A stretch of 64,000 nucleotides of DNA, taken from the NCBI GenBank assembly GCA_000320545.1, contig ADNK01003482.1:62001-126000 (forward strand). The letters run 5' to 3'. The position numbers were made by a program, and so were the translations under genes. Of this stretch, positions 29,182-42,398 are shown piece after piece. Origin of the DNA: Bigelowiella natans CCMP2755 (lineage: Eukaryota; Protista; Cercozoa). Position 1 is the stretch's first letter. Each line of letters starts with the position of its first letter. The notes under the pieces are model-generated. The model worked only from the letters and a program-made list of their open reading frames with translations, was not told the origin of the DNA and did no database searches.

Positions 29182-31346
29182 GAGCATGATGTCGACTGAT
29201 CCTGCATCTCGGGCCAGTGCGTGCACAGCAGTCGGAGTGATGATTCTAAACTCGGATAGAGCAACGGCCTTATGTTTCCATCTGGCGAAGGTAATAAATA
29301 GTAGCCAGTAGCGACAACTGCTGATTAAAGGAGCAATAATTATCATCATAATAAAATCTGATTTGATAATATGTAGTCGATCTACAATAATTTAAATTCC
29401 CTTTATTTCTTCCATTGTATCGTGTATAGCGCGGTGTGGTGAAACGGCTGTTGAAGCTGCTCCTAGACTCGAACGCCCATGTAGCTGTGGCAGCCTTCAG
29501 AGCAGCAGCAAAAGTGAGTGAGTGTGAGTGAGTGATAGGCGGCAGCAGCGAGAAGTAAGAAGAGAGAAGTATTCGACCATTGAATAGTGATAGTAGTGGT
29601 GATAGTAGTAGTGATAGTAGTAGTAGTAGTAGTAGTAACAGCGATGATAGATATAGTGAGGGTATTAATATTGTTTACTATTGATAGTTATTGTTTGTTG
29701 TTATTGTTGTAGTAATAAGAAGGAGGCTGCTACTCTGTCACATAATCTTCTGTCTTCCTCCTCCTCCTCCTCCTCCTCCTCATATTCATCACAGATGGCT
29801 ATTTGCGGCGATAACCGGGTGAGTATGGGATTGATTCGCTCGGATGTCTTGACCCCTGTGACGACGGTACTTACAGGGGGGAAATGGCTTGCTTCCCTCT
29901 CCTCCGATCTTCGTTCCATCCTCGCTACAAACGCACTGGAGCTCGCATGCTGCTTAGCCGAGCAGTGCGAGGGCGTGGCAGCGGCTCTCACAGAGGGGGG
30001 AGGCATTGCACGCGCTTTAGACATAATGTTGGATGATAGTGGAGGGTGGGACATGAGTGTTCGCAAGGCCGCTGGGTCGTTGCTTTCCGTCGCCAGCGAT
30101 GACAACGAGCGACTTGCAAGGCACCTGATCTCTCCAAAGAACCAAAGATATGTGGAGGGCCTCATCGCCGTCGCGCAAGGAGGAGGTATGAAGGAGAAGA
30201 AGAGGAGTCAGCACGAAAAAGTGTCAGCCAAGGTGGTATGTAGCCAATTCAATTACACTACTTACTACTGTAGCGATATGTGCCACCCGTACGTGCTTCA
30301 TGCTCCTCCTCCTCCTCCTCCTCGTTAGCAGGCCTAACACTATTATATTGTCATTACACCTGTATGTATATATAGTGCTGCGGCAATTTCCTACTACTAC
30401 TTCTTTGAGCTTCTTCTTCTTATCAGACTACTATTACTGCGACCGCTAGTGGGAGACGACTTCGCGCTCTTTGTGCATCGACGTTGCTGAACCTCTCTTA
30501 CCACCCCCAGTTCAACAAGCACAGGAACAGTCTTCATACGTCAGTTGGCAAGGTGTTTAGTGATGGAGGTCATGATCTTCATCACACTGCTATCTATTGA
30601 TTGTTGTCGCTCGTTTCATCATCATCATCATCACACATCTTTCATCATCGTTATCGTGGCTGTCCTCTTTCTTAGGCATTGTGCAGCTTGATAGATATTC
30701 GGCCTGTGGGTCTCCTTCCACAGCTCGCTCAAGAGATACATCGCAGTGTAGAGGAAGAGTCAAAGGCTAAGGTGCCCCCCTCCCAGGGCGGCGCTTTCGC
30801 AACATGGAATGGACATCGTGAGAAGCAACAATGGGAAGAGCTTCTTGATCGATGTAGTAACTACATAGTAGTAGTCCTCCAATACAGATTACAATTGCAC
30901 AAAATCATCAATGAAACGTTTGCCTCTCTTTTTCTATTTGGTCTTCTTCTTCTTCTTCTAAGGGTACGATGAGACTGTGGGGTTCAAAGTGAGCTTAGAA
31001 ACGCTTGCAAACCTGTGCTCCTCCTCACCGAATGATGACGATGGAAAAGAGGACTACGATGTCTCCTCATCATCACCTGTAATGCTTTATTTTTTTATTG
31101 GCGTCTCTTGCACTTCTCCCTTCTGTTTTTTGGACTGACATGTTTGAAGGGGAACAGGGGGGGGGAGTGGCTGGAGGGTTGTTTGAATGTTTCTACTACT
31201 ACAAGAATCCTCTTTTCGTGTCCAGCATGCATGTTACTATCGGACTACTCGTTATCTTCTTTCTATTATCTTTGCATCTCGTAATCGCTCCCTCCCTACC
31301 TCTATTTCCCATTCGTGGGTGGTGGTGTTCAATTCCATGCTTCCAT

Positions 31347-31427
<81 letters not shown>

Positions 31428-31544
31428 CACACACATGATATCCACGCATATCAGAGCATCGTCAAAGCGCTAGCAAACGAAGGCGTGCATAAGAGGCTGG
31501 TAGACTCACACACACCACACCCCAACACGCACAACACGCACAAC

Positions 31545-31583
<39 letters not shown>

Positions 31584-32287
31584 ACCGTACTCTCACGAGC
31601 AAATGCTTTTTCAAAGCGACACACAAGATGATTAACAGACACATGCGTATATTGCTGCTGCGGCGCCGAAACTCAGGCTATTCTGCTCGAGGACCAGTTG
31701 TTGGTCACGAGTGCTTTCTCGGCTATAAGCTGCAGTAACAATAGAGATACGAACAAGGTACGAGCTTTCTGAATCAAATGAGGAGGCTGCTGTTTTCTAG
31801 ATGATGATCCCCATCGTCTGCACTCAGCCACCACTACTACCTACCTACCACCGCAACGATTATCATTTGGAATAATTCTCTCATCATCATATGATGACAA
31901 ATTCACTATATTCATGCGTGTCATCTGAAAAGCCTCAGGCGTGTGATTATAAAACAACAAATATCTGATTGATGAGAAATTACTACAAAAGTTTTCCGAT
32001 GTTACGTTTATAGCCCGTCATTCTGAGCCGGAAATATTTCCTTTCGATACCCCCTCCTCCCCCTCCTTGCGCCACAAAGGTGAAGGTTTTGCATCAATCG
32101 TGGAAAGTCCTAAAAAGCAGCGTCCCCACGGTAAGAAAGAAGTGAGGGAGGGAGGAAGGGAGGGAGCGAAGATTGAATTTACTTTCAGGAAGATGAGGAC
32201 ATGGTGACGATGATGATGGTGATGGTGATGATGATGCCTATAATATCAATGAAGGGCGTTAATACCCTCTGGGCAATGATCGAGATT

Positions 32288-32327
<40 letters not shown>

Positions 32328-33189
32328 CCATCTGATTACCTACAATATCTTCCAGGCCCAGGCTGTTCGCATTGGGCGTCTTTTATCAACACTCGGGCAG
32401 CGTTTGTCGCAATGCCTCACTAACATAGTGCTTTATCTCCCTACGAAAGACCTCGGTTAGTAATCGTATCCATTCATTCATGTATTCATCCAGCTGTATT
32501 ACATGCACCAGAATAACAGTCTTTCAAATATGTATTGAAAATATACATCAAAGCAGCATAGGGATGAATAATAGCGATGATTCTTATCATGACGGGAGAC
32601 GAGAAACAAACAAATCATCGTCATCATCGTTTTCAGAAGAGTTTCCTCCCTCCTTTGTACATTTGCAATTTCACCTGCTGTGTTATTACTCCTACTCGAG
32701 GTAGTAGCATTCCATCATCCACCTGAGGAGGCGTTTGGTGTTCTGTTGGTTGTTGATTGTAGAGGGGGCATCTTCTCTGGCAGATACCGTGTTTGAATGG
32801 CTAAGGATCCTTCAGAAGGAGCAGTGTACCGACGAAAATCAACAAGATAGAGAGACCGCAAACGAAAATAGAAATAATAGCAAAAGTAGTAGTAATAATA
32901 GTAGCAGTGGTAACAGTGGAAGTTGTATTAGTGATAAAGATAACAACGACGCAAAGTCAAAATCTGGAAATGGCGCAAGCAAGCTTTCGCTTTTGTCGCA
33001 GAATATTGAAGCTGCCACGGCATTGCTGCAGCAAATGGTGAGTGAGAGGAAGAAGAAGAAGGAGAGGATGAGGATGATGATGATGATGATGAGTATGACG
33101 ATAAATATGATTGGAATGATGATAGTAATTATCATATTAATACGACCGTCTCTCTTTTCAAATTTGACGATGAATATACATACATGTTT

Positions 33190-33229
<40 letters not shown>

Positions 33230-33644
33230 TATATAAATATATTTATATAAATATATTTCCTTCTTCTTTTTCTTCTTCTTCTTCTTCTTCTTCTTCTTCT
33301 CTGCTGCTATATTTAATGCTGCTGCTCTTCCTTCTTCTCAGATGCTGAAGAAGTGTGCAGGAATTGCGTCCATGGAGAGCCTTAGCCTTTTAGCACAACT
33401 CACGGTTGGTACTGATAGAGCGGGGAGGAAGAGGAGGAGGAGAGGAGGAAGTAGTATCAGAAGATGGTTGGCACTATTATCACCGTTTGTATGCTATAAT
33501 GTTTCTAAGTAGTGAGTGAATGATGTTATTTTTGGCAGAAAAGCGGGAAGAGCAGCACTACGCGGGCAAATTGTCTGATGGCTCTTGCACATGCGGTCTC
33601 CTCAACTTCATACATACACACGCATACTGGAATGAATATTATCA

Positions 33645-33692
<48 letters not shown>

Positions 33693-33725
33693 TTCTTCTT
33701 GGATGTTTTGTGTGCGTGTGTGTGT

Positions 33726-33764
<39 letters not shown>

Positions 33765-33932
33765 ATGCTAGCGAAGAACCCCTCTGCTCTGCTCTCACTC
33801 TTCTCATGTTTGATGGATAATGACGAATATTTGATGATGATGATGATGATGATGATGATAATGATGAACATTTTTACTTTTTAGGGATTACGAAGTGAGC
33901 TTCACAAAAACAACTTGCACATTGGACGTAAG

Positions 33933-33972
<40 letters not shown>

Positions 33973-34548
33973 GTGCATATTACGCAAGACCGTGTTCTCA
34001 TCACTATCATGATAAAACCATGTGCAACATCACCAAGATACCTCCACAGATGCCTTCTCCTCCCTCCTCCTCGTCTTTCTCTTCCTCATCTCATGTCAAA
34101 CACAGGCGCTCTTCTCAATGCAGTGGACGGCCATGGTGACGAAAGTTTGGAAGTTGTGTGTGCTGCGGTGGAGGCCTTGATCGATCTTTACTCTGAAGAT
34201 GACCGTTTTCAAGAGGAAACGAAGGTGGTGCTTCTACTCCGATAAGAAGACTGATCTATGTGCCCTTCATCTGAGCGAGGAATAGTCACAACCATCCCAA
34301 TTATGGTCGCCATGTTCATCATAATGATCTTAAACATTGTCATCTCCATCCTCTAAATTTATGGGTTGTGATTGTTCTTGCAGCAATTGAAGCTCGTGGA
34401 GCGGCTGTTTAGATTCATTCCGGTCTACGAAAAAAGACTGAAGAGCTCCGAGGAAGGAGGCCGCTTAGACGAGGTCTCGCGTGAGCACCAGATTAATATC
34501 TTCCAGAACCTTCAAGCTTTTGTTCAGTACAAACGGAGCAGAAGCTAG
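28846..34548 (+). CDS. HEATR3: HEAT-repeat protein HEATR3 / symportin Syo1-like (multi-exon)
   Basis: Basic N-terminus MGKQRRRRRKGK..DPLG, ARM/HEAT exons, and C-terminus VVCAAVEALIDLYSEDD...NLQAFVQYK*, matching the HEATR3/Syo1 pattern. Confidence 0.75.
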
Positions 34549-34784
34549 CAAGTAGAGTAGTTGAATTGTTTGAAGTAACAGTTGTCGTCGTCGTCGTCGT
34601 CGTCGTCGTGGTCATAGTCAGTTGCTGTACAGCTTGAGGTTGGATGGAGCTTGGAATAGTCGCAGGAGAAACACGGCCTAGATACGAGAGATCTATATGA
34701 AAAAGAAATGATCCTCATGCTCTGCACTACTTTATTATTTCCAAACCATCAGACTTCGACCCGTGATACATATGTATATTAACA

Positions 34785-36301
34785 TGTATGAGACGGATGT
34801 AATGAAGAATTAAATTTTTTCAATGGTCATCCTGATGTAGCTGTGCAATGCAGCGGCTACAGCGCTAATGTTACATCTGTTGGTTTCTGCTACAATGTGT
34901 TTCATGCATTTGAAAGCGTCCTCATGCGACCGATGTTGCCGCGCACTGCGCGCAGCAGTTCTGGAGTCCTTTTCAGCCTTTGTCAGCCGGTTCGTGTCGT
35001 CGTTGCGATTCATGATCGCGCGCATTTGATTGCGCAATCTGATTTGTTCTCGACTGTGTGTTGGACATTGCAGGAGATGATCCATGTCCTTCAGGATGCC
35101 ACATGCATCGCACGTGGCATCTTCCTCTGTGCATTGTCCACGTGATGGCATGAATTTTCCAAGATTGCCGACACCACAGATGGCGCGCATCCATGATGTA
35201 GCAACACTTGGAAGTTTTAGTTTGATGCCGGTGATCGAAGATGACGGGAGCGGGTACCTCACAATTGACAAAAGAAATGAAGCCCACCGACACCAAACCT
35301 CCTGGAACATCTCTCTCAATCTCCAAGGAAAAATGAAAAGAGTCGACAGCGGCAGATGTCTCGGACTAATCTTCGACAACAAATTGACCTTTGAAAAACA
35401 TGCTCTTGCTTCTCACCTGAGATTGCAAAAGAAGCGAAGGTTTTTGTTAAGGTTGTGTCATTCCAGACACCTTGTACCGCTAAATGTCAGACTGAAATTT
35501 TACAAATCATGGTTCCTTGTCGCGGTTTTTATCCTTCGGATCTGCTGTGTTTGTTTCCTCACTTGTTGGTTCGTTGGCATGTTGTTTTTTGCCAGTGAGA
35601 ACAGTGCGACATGGGTCGCCGGAGGCCATGATGGCGCCCCCCGCCTGCAGCATGGCTGTTTTATCAAGTTCCAATATGAGCACGTTCTGTTTGTACTTCC
35701 GGTTGTATTTCCTTTGATTCCTAGCGTGACTTTTTGGAACTTGCCAACTCTGGCTATGCTTTCGCTCAGCTAGTCTTTGTACTTCTGCTTCAGGATGTTT
35801 ATCTCGATCATGAGGTCCATCAGCGCGTGATGAGGTTGTGACACTAGCGCAAGTTCTCGAGGTCCGTTGTATCAGGGAGGGTTGAGCTTCCATTGTGCCA
35901 TTCTTCTGATGTTCCTTGATACAATTCAGTTCTTCTTCAAGTTTCAGTAATTTGTTTTTGAGCCCAGCGTTTTCCTCCTGCATGTCTTTTTGATCTTGCT
36001 GCAATTGTTGTTGTTTCTCGTCAACTAACTGGACCATTGTGGTCAGCATTTCACACAATTTTTTCATTGTGTTCCACTGAGGTGTTTCTTTGCGTTCCAT
36101 TGTTGCAGACAGTGTTGAAGTAACTTCGCGAAGGCATTGAGACAGATCATAACTCTTCCTATCAGAGCCACAGTCGTCATCATTGCATTCTGAATCGAGA
36201 TCCAACGTTGCGTGTTGGTTCTTTTTGTGCTTTCTTCCCTTTTTGGGTGTCTGGTGCTTGTTGTTGCCACGTGCGCTGCGCGTGATCATCACGATGGGCA
36301 A
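34785..36301 (-). mobile_element. Rearranged non-LTR retrotransposon (LINE): ORF1 5' part, inverted RT fragment, ORF2 C-terminal zinc knuckle and 3' end
   Basis: Minus strand 36301-35507: coiled-coil ORF1-like protein. Plus strand about 35300-35510: R[C]LGLIFDNKLTFEKH (RT thumb, YLG-like). Minus strand 35300-34810: GVGNLGKF...CDACG.....DHLLQCP (CCHC). Confidence 0.8.
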
Positions 36302-36699
36302 TATTTCACTTGTGTGCGGCTATGAGTCCGTAATGAACATTCCATATTAATGTGTACATTACATACATGTGTGCACATATGTACATGTGTGTGCATGTAC
36401 ATGTTTACATGCAAGCATCAGCTCAATTGTCATGTTCACATTTTTGCCACCTGAGTGCAAACATCGCCTCATATCAGCTACATCATTGTGGACGACCTGC
36501 ACATGACATCCGCACCATTGACATGTTTGCGATTAGCCAGGATGCTGACAGATGCAAATATGGCAGCATGGCTTTCCGAGCATTGTGCGTGAGCGACAGA
36601 GATCGTTGTTTCAAGCTAGCTTGTGACACGATTGTTGTAGTAACAGCGTCATATGCTATGATGTGCACAGCAGCCTGCTGCACATGTACGTGTTAGATT

Positions 36700-36955
36700 C
36701 AACAAACAACTGACGGCGATCATGGATCGCAATGACGAAACTGCGCGTCTCACACCCGCAGAAAAAACAAGTCGAGCTGCTGCGCGAGAAGCGCGCCATG
36801 CTAGACCTAATCATCGTGCATTTTCATGCATGCATCATGTGACCAAGGAAACCAACAGATACAACTTAAGCGCTGTAGCCGCTGCATTGCATAGCTACAT
36901 TAGGATGACCATTGAAAAAATTTAAACATTTCGCTTACATCCGTCTCATATGTAC
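36700..36955 (+). mobile_element. LINE 3'-end remnant (relatively unmutated)
   Basis: MDRNDETARLT...ETNRYNLSAVAAALHSYIRMTIEKI*, then acatccgtctcata. Confidence 0.85.
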
Positions 36956-37358
36956 GTGTGCTAGTGTGCAACAGCAATTGAAGCAAAAAAGATCTAAGGC
37001 ACAAAATTTGACCGTGTAACTTTGGTCGCAAGGACGCGCGAACATCCAGCCTCGCTTATTCACAAGCCACGCCTCGACATGTCACACACCAGCGCACGCG
37101 CGTCATCGAATATGGCTATATATAGCGAGCAGCGCTAGAGCGCTTCCGGGTGCATCCGACCATGCTCGTGTTGCAGCGCGTGCGCCATCTTGCCTTCATG
37201 TTGGACAAATATCGACATGTGTTTCGAGTGTCATCCCAATGCAACTTTGCAAAAATGCTGCGGTTATTACAGCAGCGCGCTACAATGTTGCTAGCATACT
37301 CTCTCTCTCTTTCCATATATGCATGCAAAATATATAGATATATGTATATAGATAAAAG

Positions 37359-37408
<50 letters not shown>

Positions 37409-37538
37409 AAGAGGTATAAAGGCACATTGTCTACGATCTACACTCACATGCACATGGCTATTATTATTATGTACCAACGCACGCACGCAGGAATACATGC
37501 AGAGGTCCATCATTTATCCATTGTTCATGTACTATGAT

Positions 37539-38171
37539 CTATTTTGTTTCTAGCACCATCATAAACTTTGAGAGATCATCTAATTCAGGTAGAATCTCAG
37601 CTTCAGTAGCTTTCGCCACAATCTCCTTAGGATATACCCAAGTTTCATCACATCTCCATCCTTTGCCCACAGCTTCTTTTGTCGCCTCCTCAACGCCAAA
37701 TCCTACGAGCTTGGCGTACTCCTTGAGGGTGATGGATTTGTACGATGTGGCAACGAACGCATTCATTTTTTTGCGAACGTGAATCACCAAATATTGTAAG
37801 AATTGCGTGAGCCTGTCCGGAAGTTGAGCAGTTTTCGCATGTATAAAAAAATTGTTCCTATTTTTTTGCAATAGATTTTTTCCTAAGGTCCAGATTGTTT
37901 CAAGAAAAGGCTGATTCTTTATTACTTTTGCCGGAATCCGCCGCCAGACCATGTGACAGAGCTGAAGCTCATCCTGGAGAAGATACGCGAACATGAGAAC
38001 CCCATAATTAAGTGCTAAGCTCTCGTTCGTATCCCCAGTTACAGCTAACTCGTATTCGCGAGCTTGTTTCACATATGTTTCTAGATTTTCCAGGATATTC
38101 CCTCTCGGGGCTGCGGATAGAGGAGACGATAAGCATGCACTCCTGGTCTTCACATCCTTGTCTCCCATCAT
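37539..38171 (-). CDS. CSN8: COP9 signalosome subunit 8 (intronless)
   Basis: 210 aa ORF with LLQDEL..VWRRIP, IWTLGKNL and VATSYKSITLKEYAKLVG..EEA...GW, matching the CSN8/PCI pattern. Confidence 0.85.
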   Translation of the reverse strand: MMGDKDVKTRSACLSSPLSAAPRGNILENLETYVKQAREYELAVTGDTNESLALNYGVLMFAYLLQDELQLCHMVWRRIPAKVIKNQPFLETIWTLGKNLLQKNRNNFFIHAKTAQLPDRLTQFLQYLVIHVRKKMNAFVATSYKSITLKEYAKLVGFGVEEATKEAVGKGWRCDETWVYPKEIVAKATEAEILPELDDLSKFMMVLETK

Positions 38172-38405
38172 TTTTTAATAATGTGTTTATTTAGGACTTA
38201 ATTTGTCATTTATTGCTTGAGGCATACTGCAGAATGGCATTCCATTCAAATATAACGACAACCAAAACAACCACCTATCTTCGAAGTTGGATCAGATGCA
38301 TGTCGCAACAGATAAAAAGGGGCTATTTGCAACCGGTCTCTTCTTTGTGAGCGGAGGTCGGACCGACACCGTGCATCGAAGAACACCTTCTTCGTCCTGA
38401 ACACC

Positions 38406-40665
38406 ATGCGAGCAATGAGGGCTTTCGGAGCTATGAAAAGGAAAACACAACGGCTTATACGACGAAGAACGTATTCCTTGTTACTTATTTGATTCGGAGC
38501 ATAGTATCAAAAATACAATGTATGTTGGTCCTTATTCAGCAGAATAGGAATCTGCACAGCGGCATTTGCAGCGACAGCAACTGCAGGAATGGCATCGTTC
38601 ACAGCGCTATGGCCTGCAGCTCGCATATCATACGCGAAGGGATTGAGTTCAGGTTTGAATGTTGAGGAGAATCTCCTAAAAAATCCAAATTGTATTCGCG
38701 ACGTATTGCTCCAAGATGAAAGCAAGGTCGGGGCAGTCACTAAGATTATTGAAGAAGGCCAAATAGAAAACAATACTTTGAACAACAGGTCATTCTAATC
38801 GATGGTGGACTCGCCAGTGAACTTCAGAAGTAATGACATTTTCGGAATTATTGTATGGTTTGAGATCAAAGTAAGTAAGATGAATGATGATGTGACATTG
38901 GAAATAATAGTAACGGGTATAACATCGATGGAGACCCACTTTGGAGCGCTCGTATCCTTCACACAGATGCAAATGCCATTAGAGATGTACATCTTGCTTA
39001 CCTCAGAGCGGGTAAGTCTTCGACCACCGGAACCACCACCACCATAATATGGATACGTTTAATCTTCAATCACTCAAGAAAAAAATATGTCAAGGAAGGA
39101 ATAAATGTGTGTGAAAATCTTACGTTTGCAGGGGCTTCCGTGATTACATGTGCATCATATCAGGTATGAATGTAGCGAGCAGCTAGTTTTGAACGAAGTT
39201 GCTCTTAGTAGGAAAAACCTGGGAACTTGTCCACCATCGTTTTTGACTTGTGACATGTTCCCTCCAAGGCTTCGATATCTGGATTAAGAGAGCATCTTAG
39301 CGTCTCCGAGAAGACTGCAGAAGGTCTCATCCCTCGGAGGTACAATATACCAAGGATTGATAGCTTACATTAGCACACTGCGGTGATCCAACGTCATCTA
39401 TAAACGGTCTCAAAATGACTCCCTGCTGAATATGTTATCAGTGTGCAAATTGCAAAACAAGCTAGGAAGGAGTACCTCTTGGAGACCACCCGGCAGAAGG
39501 AAGAAGAGGATAATATCCAACAACAACAACGTCAAGATGAAAGCGATCATCGGCAAATATGGGTATTATGTGTATTTCTATGATGACGGAATGTTGATAA
39601 TGATGATGCTGCTGATGATGAGCCGTGTAACAAAATCGGCAGCAGATTATCTGGAATATGAAATCTTCTCAGGGCCATGATCATCAATACCCATTTGTCT
39701 ATTCAGGTTGCTGGAAGTGTTGGACCCTATGGAGCTTGCCTTCACGACGGATCAGAGTAAACATACTGCCGCCAATGTTCTGTGTTTTTATTTAAATTCA
39801 TGAATATTTACCTAATATGTAAATTACTTCTCAGTACGGAACAAATAATGACTACTACTGCATACCTGCTTACTGCATCAATAGTCATATTTATGCTTTG
39901 ACAACTGCTGTTTCGATCTTGGGCATCATCGTCACACCAATAGGTATACTGGTTCCTACATTGACAGTGTGTCGGAGGATGACTTGGCGAAGTGGCACAA
40001 AAAGGTCATTCATCCTCATCATGAACCATTCACTGATCCATCACGAAATCTCTCCCATGCAAAAAGATACTTCTTGGCATTTTTGTCGATTAATCACAGA
40101 AATAATGCCGACATCATCATGCTGCTGCAGCACTAATGTGCATTCTGCTACTGACGTTAGAGGATAGATTTACTGGTGGAGGCAGGGGCGGATCTTCTCG
40201 CGATCGAAACTATACCATCAAAGGTACGGTATTCACATACACCTTGCCTGTTGCTTTAGCTGCTGCTATGAATCATCCGTGATTTCTAGTTCCAGTCCTT
40301 GCCGACATTCTTCTGTTCTTCTCATTTCAGGTGGAAGCTACTGCGATTTGCAAGCTCTTGCAACGAGAGCATCAAGACATCCCCGTCTGGGTATTCTTCC
40401 TGATTCTATCACTACTACTACCATTACTACTACTACTACTACTACTTCTCTTCCCTCCATTTTATCCAATAGATATACCTATCTCCGAATCATGCTCATC
40501 ATTATGAATAGAGCGCATGGAGAATCTGATGACCCATGATCGCAGTAGCAGATGGTGACTAATGAGGAGAGTGCATGTAGCATGAGAAAGTGCCTTGATG
40601 AATATTCTGATGGCTTTCTATTATCTTTGTGATTTCTAGACAACGTGCGGCACAATAATGATCGC

Positions 40666-40703
<38 letters not shown>

Positions 40704-41807
40704 GTAATTGTGTAGGTAACATTTAGTTGTAAGGATGGCGCTCATACCGCAAGGTTACAAATTCAGATAGCAACAAAACCAGCAATAACAGCACGATAAA
40801 TGTACTTGCATGGCTCCAGCTATTCTCTTTGATTCTATGACTTTGACATTTCCAGAGGCGAGCGAATCGAGGACGCCGTAGCAGAGGTGGCAAAGTTTTC
40901 TCAGGTATGCTTTGCGCTTTTACAATTTGGTAACTTGTCATCTGACATGCTCTTTGTAATCTCCTCATCTTTGATCGAAATGGTATCCACCTCCTCATCG
41001 TCGTCGTTCCCCTCATTTGATCGAAATGGTATCCACCTCCTCATCGTCGTCGTTCCCCTCATGTGCTATCATTGTCATTATAGGTCATAGGCATTGGGGT
41101 AAACTGCTGTAACCCAGCTTACGTATGCTCTTTGCTCTCTCGGGCACGTAATACAATTGCTGTGAGAAAGAACACCAGTAGCACATCGAAGAAGAACAAG
41201 AAGAAGGAGACCGGTAACAACATAATAAGCCATCGTCATCGTTGTCGTCTCATAGTCATTGCTATCCTCCTCTTGCCTCCCTTGCACACTCGGATAGCAT
41301 CAGTGCGGCTACTACCAGTTTTAGTTGCATATCCGAATTCTGGAGAGGATTGGGATCATGAAACAGGTAGCAGCAAGAGTGGTAAATGATGAGAGACTCT
41401 TGCATTACCACGGAGGGACTAACAAACCACGGATAAAATTGTACAATCTTGAATACTTGCGATTGCCTAGTACCACTCCATTGCTACTTCCTCGTTCGAT
41501 CATCTGAGTGATGTCGGGCTGCGACTAATACAAAGGTTGGCACGGCCAATCAGAGGCTGAAACAAAGGCGTGCACACGTCGTAGTGTTGAATGGGTGTCT
41601 CAAGGTAGGACGCATGTTGGACAACAAACAGTCCCTATGTTCCCCTCTTCTCCCCAGCGTTCAAACTTACTACAATTAGACTGCAACTAATGCATTTTGC
41701 ATACCAATATGTAATCATCAGGTGCACGGCTTGTCGGCGGTTGCTGCAGAATTGGACCGAAGCAAATACATGGGATGTCAAAGGTTTTGACTGGCAACAT
41801 CCGCTAG
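38406..41807 (+). CDS. Homocysteine S-methyltransferase (HMT/MmuM family; multi-exon, missed by ORF track)
   Basis: Spliced exons give VILIDGGLASEL, PLWSARIL..IRDVHLAYLRAG|ASVITCASYQ, VAGSVGPYGACLHDGSE|YTG, GADLLAIETIP, IGVNC, VAYPNSGE and LVGGCCRIGP. All three Zn-binding Cys present; stop 41805-41807. Confidence 0.93.
40970..41061 (+). repeat. Perfect 46-bp tandem duplication in an HMT intron
   Basis: tttgatcgaaatggtatccacctcctcatcgtcgtcgttcccctca x2 (40970-41015, 41016-41061). Confidence 0.95.
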
Positions 41808-41949
41808 CAGCACGTCGTCGTATTGATGATGCTTTTTGCAAGCAGCATCGATCGCTCTGCGTTCAGCCTCTTGAGTGACGCAATGATGTCGTCACATGCT
41901 AGCATGCATGCTGCAGCCAGGGCTGTCACTTCACAACAGCTGACAACAA

Positions 41950-42015
41950 GTTAGTAAGATGGATGTAATGAATCAATTAAATTTGTTCAATGATAATCCT
42001 CATGTTGGTATAATC
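41950..42015 (-). mobile_element. Short LINE 3'-terminal fragment
   Basis: Reverse complement resembles aggatgaccattgaaaaaatttaa...acatccgtctcata. Confidence 0.6.
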
Positions 42016-42398
42016 TACATCAAATTATGCTTACTACGTTTGCGGCATGCCTTGATCTAGTGATGCCGCCAAGCGCACGCATGCTGTGATGGCTAGCCAC
42101 ACTTGTGGTTGTAGACATGCAATTATGGTTGTAGACACGCAACATTTAGCTGTTTGCTCATGTCTAGTAGATGCGTAAGCGTGAGCGTGCAGTCTGCGCG
42201 TAGACGAAGAAATGATGCAACACGTCTAGACGTCATGCGTGCAGCTCATTTTAATTGCATAGCATCCGCGATGACTATGAAGCTTAGAACAAACTACAGC
42301 TGCTGCTAATAGTGACATTGTGACAGAATGCCACAAGACAATGAATTGTCGCAACCGTTTACGTTCACAAAGAATAATGATGGCTAGGCTTATTCCGC

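Larger units (their letters stand above)
12690..34000. repeat. Dense intronic microsatellites: (CA)n, (GA)n, (TA)n, (CAT)n, (TAG)n, (CAA)n, (GAA)n
   Basis: Directly visible, e.g. 13440-13480, 13545-13582, 16815-16900, 24405-24437, 27250-27420, 31350-31425, 33193-33222. Confidence 0.95.

Noticed and set aside
16700-33900. Numerous ORF-track peptides with poly-HT, CV, ER, SL, YI or I/M runs
   Set aside because: Translations of intronic microsatellites, not proteins.
34785-36955. Oppositely oriented repeats as TIRs/LTRs of one composite element
   Set aside because: Both are diverged coding 3' ends of the same LINE family, with many differences; independent insertions are simpler.
40970-41061. 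CRISPR-like repeat
   Set aside because: Only two directly adjacent copies, no spacer, inside a eukaryotic intron.
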